Sequence record: DRR378314_2133
Reading direction: 5' to 3' (one strand)
Length of the DNA stretch: 45,449 nt
A program made the translations under genes and the position numbers. This document shows, piece after piece, positions 10,131 through 18,604 of this stretch (position 1 is its first letter; every line of letters starts with the position of its first letter). The notes beneath the pieces are model-generated. The model searched no databases. It had not been told where the DNA came from and saw only the letters and a list, made by a program, of their open reading frames with translations.

Positions 10131-12872
10131 ATGAAAAATGGTTTGGCAATATCCTTTTTATTACTGCAGGGCATCTGGGGTTATGCACAGGAAATCTACT
10201 ATGTTAAGGGTTTTGTAAGGGATATGGTAACCCAAGAAACCATTGAATATGCCAAAATTGAAATTTCAGGGTCTGCTCCTGTAAAACCTGATCCCATCGA
10301 TGGGAAATTTGTGCTTTCGCTAAAACAGCCCGGAGATTATATACTATCTATTACAGCCCAAGATTATCTAATTAAAAGAATGCCCATTTCTATAGGTTCT
10401 GAAGATTTGGATCTGGGAATTATTTTTTTGGATCGTGATATTGTCCAGGAGAAAACAGACAACTTAATTACGTTAACGGATTCTGACTTGTTGGAAGATG
10501 AAAGCATTTCAATGACATCGGGCATGTTACAGGCGACCAAGGATATTTTTCTAAATAGGGCGGCATTCGATTTTGGTCAGGCATTTTTTCGTGTAAGGGG
10601 CTATGGATCGGAAAATGGTGTTATCCTCCTAAACGGTATTCCCATGAACAAATTAATGGACGGTCTTCCTCAATGGAATAATTGGGGAGGCCTTAATGAT
10701 GTTACAAGAAATCAGGAATTTACCCATGGGTTACAGGCATCGGATTACTCCTTTGGAGGTATTTTGGGTACAACAAATATTAGTACCAGGCCATCCACTT
10801 TTAGGAAAGGGGTGCGTTTGTCTTCTTCGGCCTCCAACAGAACTTATGCGGGCCGATTTATGGCTACCTATTCCTCCGGTGTGCCTCAAAAGGGCATCAA
10901 TTACAGTGTCTCGGCCTCTAGAAGATGGGCAAAGGAGGGTTATATTGATGGTACCTTGTACGATGCATATTCTTTTTTTGGTGCTTTTGAATATAAATTG
11001 AATGACAAAAACAGCATCAATCTAACAGGCATTTGGGCTTCCAACCGCAGAGGAAGGTCTTCCGCTATAACCGAGGAAGTTTTTCAATTGGCCGGGAATA
11101 GATATAACCCTTATTGGGGCACTCAAAACGAGAAAATCAGGAACTCCAGAGAGCGGAAAATTGTGGAGCCCATTTTTATGTTGAATCATTTTTATACCAC
11201 CAAAAGATTTACTTTAAATACGGGGTTATCCTATCAATTTGGAACCAATTCCAAGGGTAGGTTGGGATACTATAATGCCCCAAATCCGGATAAGACTTAT
11301 TACAGATATTTACCAAGTTATTATATCAATAGTCCTATTGGAGCCAATTTTATTGGCGCTAATATGGCCAAAGATGGATTCCTGAATAATCCACAGTTAA
11401 ATTGGAACGATCTATACCAGGCAAATTCCAGTTTGTCTGCCCAGGGCAAAGCGGCTTATATTTACTATGAGGATACCAATGAGGACCAACAGTTTAATGT
11501 CTCCACGATTGGTAATTACGCCCTAAATGATCACCTAAAAATTGATTTTGGTGGGCATTATACCAATTTGGACTCGGATAACTATGCGGAAATCAGCGAT
11601 ATGTTGGGGGCTGAATATCATGAGGATATAGATCCGTTTTCCAACACAAAAAATGATCTGGATGGAAGTCTAAATAAAACAACATCCAATCTATTCAACT
11701 ACCATTATCATATTAAAGCTGAAGTCTATGACGCTTTTGCCCAATTTGCTATACGGTATCCCAAATGGGACGGGTTTTTTGGGGCTAATTATACCTCAAC
11801 CAATTATCAAAGGGACGGCCAATTTAGGAATGAGCGTTTTTTGAATACCTCCTTCGGAAAGGGTGAAAAAGTTGAATTTTCCAATTTTGGGGCCAAAGGG
11901 GGTTTAACCTATAAATTTAACGGTAGGCATTGGGTTGCTTTGAACGGGGCGTATCTGACCAAGCCCCCGGTTTATCAAAATGTTTTTATAAATCCAAGGG
12001 AGAATAACCAGGTGGTAAATGATATTCAAAGCGAAACAATTACAACTACAGATCTCAACTATTATATAAGGCTACCTAATTTAACCGGACGCGTATCCGG
12101 CTATTATACCCGATTTCAGAATATTACAGATATTAATTTTTTCTTTGTAGATGCAGGGGTGGGCAGCGATTTTGTTCAGGAAGTACTTACGGATTTGGAC
12201 AAACTTCATTTAGGCACGGAAATAGGATTGGAGTATCAGCTTTCGTCGGCCGTGAAACTATCTCTAGTGGCTGCCCTAGGCAAATTTCTTTATGCCAGTG
12301 CCCCTTTTGTAACCATAAATTTTGATACGGCCGGAGCAGAGGAAGATATCCTTAGCCCTGAAGGCAATATAGATTTAGGAATTGCAAAGGTGAAGGATTA
12401 CAAGTTGCCCCAAGGGCCTCAAAAGGCATTTGCCCTAGGGGTGGAATACCGTGATCCCAAATATTGGTGGATAGGAGCTACCGCTAATTATTTGGGGAAT
12501 AATTATGCCAGTATTTCTACGATAACAAGGACACAGAGTTTTTATTTGGATCCAGATACGGGTTCGGCATTTCCTGAGGCTACAAATGAAAATGTAGAAG
12601 GCTTATTGAACCAAAATAAATTGGACAATTTTTATTTATTGAATCTCGTAGGGGGCAAATCTTGGTTAAAAAAAGGCAAGTATATGAGCGTTTTTGCAAG
12701 TATTAACAATGTATTTGATGCAGTTTTTAGAACTGGTGGCTACGAACAAAGCAGGAACGGCAATTTTGGACAGTTGCAACAGGACAATTTAAGCGGTAAC
12801 CCCTCATTTGCACCTAAATATTGGTATGGCTATGGACGTACCTATTTTATAAATTTTGCGATTAGTTTTTAA
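10131..12872 (+). CDS. TonB-dependent receptor (non-SusC type)
   Basis: Signal peptide; N-terminal beta-sandwich; plug RVRGY..LNGIPMN..WNNWGGLND; C-terminal YGYGRTYFINFAISF. Confidence 0.9.
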   Translation: MKNGLAISFLLLQGIWGYAQEIYYVKGFVRDMVTQETIEYAKIEISGSAPVKPDPIDGKFVLSLKQPGDYILSITAQDYLIKRMPISIGSEDLDLGIIFLDRDIVQEKTDNLITLTDSDLLEDESISMTSGMLQATKDIFLNRAAFDFGQAFFRVRGYGSENGVILLNGIPMNKLMDGLPQWNNWGGLNDVTRNQEFTHGLQASDYSFGGILGTTNISTRPSTFRKGVRLSSSASNRTYAGRFMATYSSGVPQKGINYSVSASRRWAKEGYIDGTLYDAYSFFGAFEYKLNDKNSINLTGIWASNRRGRSSAITEEVFQLAGNRYNPYWGTQNEKIRNSRERKIVEPIFMLNHFYTTKRFTLNTGLSYQFGTNSKGRLGYYNAPNPDKTYYRYLPSYYINSPIGANFIGANMAKDGFLNNPQLNWNDLYQANSSLSAQGKAAYIYYEDTNEDQQFNVSTIGNYALNDHLKIDFGGHYTNLDSDNYAEISDMLGAEYHEDIDPFSNTKNDLDGSLNKTTSNLFNYHYHIKAEVYDAFAQFAIRYPKWDGFFGANYTSTNYQRDGQFRNERFLNTSFGKGEKVEFSNFGAKGGLTYKFNGRHWVALNGAYLTKPPVYQNVFINPRENNQVVNDIQSETITTTDLNYYIRLPNLTGRVSGYYTRFQNITDINFFFVDAGVGSDFVQEVLTDLDKLHLGTEIGLEYQLSSAVKLSLVAALGKFLYASAPFVTINFDTAGAEEDILSPEGNIDLGIAKVKDYKLPQGPQKAFALGVEYRDPKYWWIGATANYLGNNYASISTITRTQSFYLDPDTGSAFPEATNENVEGLLNQNKLDNFYLLNLVGGKSWLKKGKYMSVFASINNVFDAVFRTGGYEQSRNGNFGQLQQDNLSGNPSFAPKYWYGYGRTYFINFAISF

Positions 12873-12913
12873 AATTCGCTTTTGTAATCATTCTGGATAG
12901 AAATAATGGATCA

Positions 12914-14284
12914 ATGAATTTCAGAATCAACATTAATGGATGCCTTGCTTCCCTTCTGGGTTTATACCTGCTAATGGCCTGTGTTAAGGATGCAAATTTT
13001 GAGACTCCCAAAAGCGATTGTACATCTGAGCTTTCGGCCAATTTAAGCATAGGGGATTTTAAGGCGCTGTATGTGGATGAATTGATACAAATTCAGGAAG
13101 ATTGGGTAATAGAAGGGTATGTAGTATCTTCAGATCTGGCAGGCAACTTTTTTGGAACATTGCACATCCAGGACAATTTAGTCAATCCCACTCAGGGCCT
13201 GCAATTGGAAATTGATATAAGGGATTCGCATTTGTTTTATGAAGTGGGCTCTAAAATTCTTATAAAAACCAAGGGGCTTTATTTGGGGATGAGTAAAGGG
13301 GTATTTAAATTGGGGGGCGTTTTTAGTGCTTTTGGCAACCCCACTGTGGGGCGTTTACCTGCGGCCATAGTTGGGGAGCATTTGTTCAGTTCCTGTGATC
13401 CATTGGGAGGGCTCCAACCAAAAAAAGTCGGTATTAATGATTTGGAGGATTCCATGATAAGCACCTTGGTCCAGTTTGAGAATATGGAAATTTTGTTGGC
13501 AGAATTGGGACAAACCTTCGCCAAAAAAGAGGAGGAAACCATAAGGACCTTGATCAATTGTGAGGATTTGGAACTTGAACTACTGAACAGTGGGTATGCC
13601 GATTTTCAGGCCAAGCTTTTGCCAGAAGGGAATGGAACCATAACCGGGGTTTTAATAAAGGACAATAAAGATTATCAATTGGTTTTAAGGGATACTTTGG
13701 ATATTGCTTTTACGGATATTCGGTGTGAGGATTTGGTGGATGAATTTACGTCAACAAAGATTTTTATCTCCGAGTTGGCGGATCCGGATAACAATGTGGG
13801 AGCAAGGTTCGTAGAGCTCTATAATTCGGATTCGGAACCTCTTGATCTAAAGGGATGGACTTTAAGAAGGTACACTAATGATAATACGGAAATAAGTTCT
13901 ACCATAGATTTGTCGGGATTTGTAATTGAAGGCAATAGTACCTTTGTTATTTCTCCCAATGCCTCAGAGTTCGAAAACGTATACGGTTTCCCTCCCAGCC
14001 ATAGTGTATCTATTAATAGTCCTGCAGATTCCAACGGGGATGATAATTTGGAATTGGTGGATCCTTTTGGGACTGTAATAGACATTTTTGGAGTTATTGG
14101 CGAGGATGGGTCTGGCACCAACCATGAATTTGAAGATGGCAGGGCAATACGAAATGGAGTTGTCTCGGAAGCCAATCCAATTTATACTCCCAGCGAATGG
14201 ACAATATATAATGATACTGGAGAAGCGGGTACTATCAATGAACCTCAAAACGCTCCGGACAATTTTAATCCGGGCATTAGGTAA
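12914..14284 (+). CDS. DUF5689-domain lipoprotein with C-terminal lamin-tail domain
   Basis: Lipobox LMAC; IEGYVVSSDLAGNFFGTLHIQD and SGYADF...LPEGNGTITGVL (DUF5689-like); IFISELAD...FVELYN...LDLKGWTL (lamin-tail-like). Confidence 0.8.
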   Translation: MNFRININGCLASLLGLYLLMACVKDANFETPKSDCTSELSANLSIGDFKALYVDELIQIQEDWVIEGYVVSSDLAGNFFGTLHIQDNLVNPTQGLQLEIDIRDSHLFYEVGSKILIKTKGLYLGMSKGVFKLGGVFSAFGNPTVGRLPAAIVGEHLFSSCDPLGGLQPKKVGINDLEDSMISTLVQFENMEILLAELGQTFAKKEEETIRTLINCEDLELELLNSGYADFQAKLLPEGNGTITGVLIKDNKDYQLVLRDTLDIAFTDIRCEDLVDEFTSTKIFISELADPDNNVGARFVELYNSDSEPLDLKGWTLRRYTNDNTEISSTIDLSGFVIEGNSTFVISPNASEFENVYGFPPSHSVSINSPADSNGDDNLELVDPFGTVIDIFGVIGEDGSGTNHEFEDGRAIRNGVVSEANPIYTPSEWTIYNDTGEAGTINEPQNAPDNFNPGIR

Positions 14285-14286
14285 TT

Positions 14287-14694
14287 TTAACTGTTACTAC
14301 CATCAGACAGTAATTTAAGCAGATCTGTGGATTTGATAGGTTTCAATATGTAGTTGCTTACCAAACTATAATCCTGGACCTTAATTACATCCCTTGGATC
14401 TATAGAGGAACTGATAATATAAATGGTCACTGCTTTGGTATTGTTGTTCGGAATTTTAATAAAATCATCCAGAAATTCCCATCCATCCATAATGGGCATA
14501 TTCAGGTCCAATAAAATAATGGAAGGTAGCGCTATCCCTTCGGCAACCATATTGTTCAATCCGTCTATTGCATCCTGTCCATTTTTATAGACTACTATCG
14601 TGTTGCAGAAATCGATTTCCTTCATCGATTTTTTAATGCCATATATGGCAATTGGGTCATCATCTATGATACAACTACTTTCAATTTTTCCCAT
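14287..14694 (-). CDS. Stand-alone response regulator (single receiver domain)
   Basis: IIDDD, ILLDLNMPIMDGWEFL, SSS and YILKP motifs; ATG at 14694 preferred because the 14769 start overlaps the kinase. Confidence 0.92.
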   Translation of the reverse strand: MGKIESSCIIDDDPIAIYGIKKSMKEIDFCNTIVVYKNGQDAIDGLNNMVAEGIALPSIILLDLNMPIMDGWEFLDDFIKIPNNNTKAVTIYIISSSIDPRDVIKVQDYSLVSNYILKPIKSTDLLKLLSDGSNS

Positions 14695-14707
14695 TGTTGA
14701 TTCATTT

Positions 14708-16903
14708 TTATGCGGCAACCAAGGTGATTCTAAAAAGTGTTCCCTTGTCAACGGCACTTTCCACTTCAATTTTTCCGTTCATTGCCTCTATTTGATTTTT
14801 GGTGATAAATAGCCCTATTCCCTTGGAATCCTCATGTTCATGAAACGTTTTGTACATTCCGAACAGCTTTTTTCCATGTCGCTCAAGGTTGATTCCCAGT
14901 CCATTATCCCTGAAGTTTAAGGTAATGAACTTTCCGGTCTTGGTGGCCTCAATCATAATCTTTGGAATTCTATTGGGGCTGCTGTATTTTATACTGTTGG
15001 TAAAAAGATTTAGAAGAACACTGTCTAGATAGGCATGTATGCCTTTTACTTTAATTGACTGGTCTATGGAGATGTGGCATTCTACATTTTTTTGATTTAG
15101 GAGGGCACTAATATTCTTCTCAACGCTTTTAACTATGTGATTTAAATTAACATCCTGTAATTGGCCTTTTGCTTCGGTGGTAATCTGTACAACTTCATTT
15201 AGGTGCATTACCGTTTCGTTTAAACTTTCCGATGCGTTCATTATCATTGCTTCAATTTCCTTCTTTTCACTTTCTCCTTGCTCCTCTAGTAAGTAAGCGG
15301 ACAACATGGAAAGATTGGAAGAATGTGAGCGTAGATTGTGGGAAACAATATGGGCAAAATTTAATAAGCTATCATTTTGACTTTTAGTTAATTCCAAGAA
15401 CTCTTCGGATTTCTTTTGGGCTTCAATTTTTGCTGTAATATCCACGACTTGGGAAATAAAATGGGAAATATTACCTTCTATATCCTTAACGGCAGTAACA
15501 GTGAGCACAACGTATACGATTGTTCCCTTTTTATGGAAGTATCTTTTTTCCAATTGGTAACTATTAATCTTCCCATCCAAAAGCCTTTGTAGTTGGGATA
15601 AATCTTTCTTAAGATCTTGAGGATGTGTAATATCTTGAAAGGTAAGTTTTAACAGTTCGTTTCTAGTGTAGCCTAGACTAGTGCAGAGACTGTCATTTAC
15701 ATCCATCCAAGTACCATCCTTTGCCACCAATGCCATTCCTACAGCGGAAGACTTAAATGATCCTTTGAAAGACTCTTCACTTTTGTTCAGCTTTAATTGG
15801 GTGTTAACAAATTCGGTTATGTCCCAATTGGTCCCGACCATTTTAATTATTTTTCCCTCATTGTCCTTGAAAATACCGGCATTGGCCTTAATGTGTTTTA
15901 TAGTGCCATCTGGATGGACGATTCGAAACTCGGTTTTAAAATCCTTGATTCCGGACACGGCCATATCAAATTCCTGTAAGCATCGCTCTAGGTCATCTGG
16001 ATGCACAGTGGTTTTCCAGGATTCGAAATTGCCCTTGAAGTCTTTGCGTTTTACTCCAAATAGAGGGAACATTTCGTCGTTCCACTCAAGCTCATCTTTG
16101 TGTAAATTGTATTCCCAAATTCCTATATTGGCCACCTCTGTAGCCAAATCTAGCCTTTCCTTAATTTGGGCATTCTTGATTTCGGCTTTTTTCTTTTTGT
16201 CTATATCTTGAAATATTCCATAAAGTCTAACACATTTTCCATTGACAAACTCTGGCATTCCCTTGGCCCTTACCCACAATTCTTTGCCTCTTGCGGTGAC
16301 AATCTGTAATTCGGTATCCCATTCTTCTCCGTTGGTAATGGCGTTTTGAATCAACTCGGTAATTTTTTCCCTATGTTCCCCTTCCTTATAGAAATTTATA
16401 CCTGTCTCCAAACACGGTACATAATCTAAGGGCACTTCATGTATCTGCTTTGTAATTCTGGACCAATGAATGGTATTGGTAATCATATCCAAATCCCAAC
16501 CTCCCATTTTGGCTACATTTTCGGCCGCGATCAATAAGTCTTTAGAGCGTTTTATCTTGGTAATGTTGGTAGAGGTTATTATTAGGCCACCAATTGTACC
16601 GTCTGTATCTTTCCAAGGTTTAATACTCCATTGATACCATTTATTGCTGCCGTCTGGCATAATATGTTTTTGTTCCTCAACAATATTCTCGTCAATGGAA
16701 AAACTATTTTCTAGGATTTTTCGAAATAACGTAGGGGTACTTGGGACAACGTCAAAAAAAGATTTTCCAATAATATTTTTATCCTGGGTTGTAAATTCTT
16801 GTTGCCATGGAGTGGAACAATTTATAAAACAGAGATTGGTATCTAATGTGGCAATGGCAATAGGGGCTTCTTCTATTGTAATCGTACGCGTTAATGTGTC
16901 CAA
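14708..16903 (-). CDS. Soluble multi-PAS sensor histidine kinase
   Basis: About four PAS/PAC repeats (e.g. VHPDD, THPQD); H-box AHIVSHNLRS; NLFTNSIKY, DNGLGI, GIGLF; no TM segment; TTG start. Confidence 0.93.
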   Translation of the reverse strand: MDTLTRTITIEEAPIAIATLDTNLCFINCSTPWQQEFTTQDKNIIGKSFFDVVPSTPTLFRKILENSFSIDENIVEEQKHIMPDGSNKWYQWSIKPWKDTDGTIGGLIITSTNITKIKRSKDLLIAAENVAKMGGWDLDMITNTIHWSRITKQIHEVPLDYVPCLETGINFYKEGEHREKITELIQNAITNGEEWDTELQIVTARGKELWVRAKGMPEFVNGKCVRLYGIFQDIDKKKKAEIKNAQIKERLDLATEVANIGIWEYNLHKDELEWNDEMFPLFGVKRKDFKGNFESWKTTVHPDDLERCLQEFDMAVSGIKDFKTEFRIVHPDGTIKHIKANAGIFKDNEGKIIKMVGTNWDITEFVNTQLKLNKSEESFKGSFKSSAVGMALVAKDGTWMDVNDSLCTSLGYTRNELLKLTFQDITHPQDLKKDLSQLQRLLDGKINSYQLEKRYFHKKGTIVYVVLTVTAVKDIEGNISHFISQVVDITAKIEAQKKSEEFLELTKSQNDSLLNFAHIVSHNLRSHSSNLSMLSAYLLEEQGESEKKEIEAMIMNASESLNETVMHLNEVVQITTEAKGQLQDVNLNHIVKSVEKNISALLNQKNVECHISIDQSIKVKGIHAYLDSVLLNLFTNSIKYSSPNRIPKIMIEATKTGKFITLNFRDNGLGINLERHGKKLFGMYKTFHEHEDSKGIGLFITKNQIEAMNGKIEVESAVDKGTLFRITLVAA

Positions 16904-17242
16904 AATTATTAATCTTTTAGGGGAATTTATTAAGAAAACGTAGGAATATGCCTATAAATTGTGAAAGGTGAAAAAATTCCTATAAGACTACGAATTTCTT
17001 GTATTGAATATGTGAAATGTTCCCTGAGGATTTAAATTATAAATGAATTGGAGTTTTTATCGGATGTTTGGCCAAGGGGCAAAAGGTTATGAACTATTAA
17101 GTATTATTCCTTTTCTGTATAAGGTGCTTTATAGCGTATGTTATGTGTTTTATTCGTTTTAATAGGAATTACAATTTTAAACTATAATTTCAATTCACTA
17201 AAGTGATTGTTTTTTTATACATTTAACTAATGGCATTTACAT

Positions 17243-17713
17243 ATGAACGAATTTTTCTTTAACGAAATTAGAAACGGTAACTTCGATGAGGTAAAGGCCA
17301 TGTTGAAGAAAAACCCTTTACTCTTGGATAGTAAGGACCAAAGGGGATCTACTCCCCTTATTCTTTCCACATATTACGATCAAGAGGAAATTACCGATCT
17401 TTTATTGGAAATGGGCGCTAAAATAGATGCCAAGGATGCCTCTGGCAATACGGCCTTGATGGGTGTATGCTTTAAAGGCTATACAGATACTGCCAAGAAG
17501 CTCATAGATAAAGGGGCCAGTGTTAATGAACGCAATACCATGGGGGCTACCTGTCTCATTTATGCTGCAACATTCAATAGGGAGGAGATTGCTAAAATGC
17601 TTTTGGCCAAAGGAGCAGATACGACAATCAAAGACGTAAGGGGGCTTACCGCTTTTGATCATGCCAAAATGCAAGGAATGCCATCACTTATTGCTTTACT
17701 GGAAAAGGCCTAG
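17243..17713 (+). CDS. Ankyrin-repeat protein
   Basis: GSTPLILS, GNTALMGV, GATCLIYA and GLTAFDHA repeats at about 33-aa spacing. Confidence 0.92.
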   Translation: MNEFFFNEIRNGNFDEVKAMLKKNPLLLDSKDQRGSTPLILSTYYDQEEITDLLLEMGAKIDAKDASGNTALMGVCFKGYTDTAKKLIDKGASVNERNTMGATCLIYAATFNREEIAKMLLAKGADTTIKDVRGLTAFDHAKMQGMPSLIALLEKA

Positions 17714-17833
17714 AATAGATTTAAAGATTTACGGGAGCAGTTCATGCTTGATATCAGAATTTCTGTATTTGTATAAACTGGTCATTTGGAATTATCCGTA
17801 AGAATATTTTTATTAGAGCAATAGCAGATAGAA

Positions 17834-18604
17834 ATGGAACTTAAAGTAGCACTTATACAATCCCCGTTAGCATGGGAAAATCCAACAAAGAATAGGGAAC
17901 ACTTTTCCAAAAAGCTCGACACCTTAAACGGGGAGGTAGACTTGGTGATACTTCCTGAAATGTTTACCACGGCCTTTACCATGACTCCTTGGAATGTCCC
18001 CAAGGAGGAAGGGGAAGAAACGGTAAAATGGATGCAAAAGGAAGCGGAGAGAAAAAATGTGGCCTTAGCCGGTAGTATAGTCTATTTTGATAACGGGCAT
18101 TATTATAACCGACTGTGGTTTGTGGAGCCCGACGGAAAATCGACCTTTTACGACAAGCGACACACCTTCACCCTGGCCGGTGAGGATAAGATATATAACA
18201 AAGGTGAAAAAAGGATCTTGATCAACTTCAAAGGTTTTAGAATTTGTCCGCTTATTTGTTATGATCTTCGTTTTCCTGTTTGGGCAAGGAATACGGAGAA
18301 CTATGATATACTTATTTATGTTGCCAATTGGCCGCAGCCAAGAATTAATGCCTGGGATGCCCTGTTAAAAGCACGAGCCATTGAAAATATGGCATATGTA
18401 ATAGGGGTAAATAGGACGGGAACGGATAATACCGGACATAGTTATCCAGGCCACTCCACTGTAAACGATGTCTTTGGCGAACCAATAGTGTTTTCGAAGG
18501 AGGAAAAGGTACTTTATGTTTCTTTGGATAAAAAACATATTTCCGAGGCGAGGGAAAAACTAAAGTTTTTGGAAGATCGGGACCATTTTAGTTTGAAAGG
18601 GTAA
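17834..18604 (+). CDS. Nitrilase-superfamily amidohydrolase (omega-amidase/YafV-like)
   Basis: Glu-Lys-Cys triad motifs LPEMF, YDKRH, ICYDLRFP; ARAIEN. Confidence 0.92.
   Translation: MELKVALIQSPLAWENPTKNREHFSKKLDTLNGEVDLVILPEMFTTAFTMTPWNVPKEEGEETVKWMQKEAERKNVALAGSIVYFDNGHYYNRLWFVEPDGKSTFYDKRHTFTLAGEDKIYNKGEKRILINFKGFRICPLICYDLRFPVWARNTENYDILIYVANWPQPRINAWDALLKARAIENMAYVIGVNRTGTDNTGHSYPGHSTVNDVFGEPIVFSKEEKVLYVSLDKKHISEAREKLKFLEDRDHFSLKG

Noticed and set aside
5131-14284. Classical SusC/SusD polysaccharide utilisation locus
   Set aside because: No SusD, no SusC signature (e.g. KDAxxxAIYG) and no glycoside hydrolases
14695-14769. Longer N-terminus for the response regulator
   Set aside because: It overlaps the kinase 3' end; the receiver domain starts at ATG 14694
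15681-16211. 176-aa antisense ORF, and the many other 60-137-aa ORFs nested in or opposite larger genes
   Set aside because: They are shadows of well-supported genes, with no recognisable motifs
16904-17242. ncRNA or small gene in the largest intergenic gap
   Set aside because: AT-rich divergent promoter region with no convincing stem, repeat or ORF
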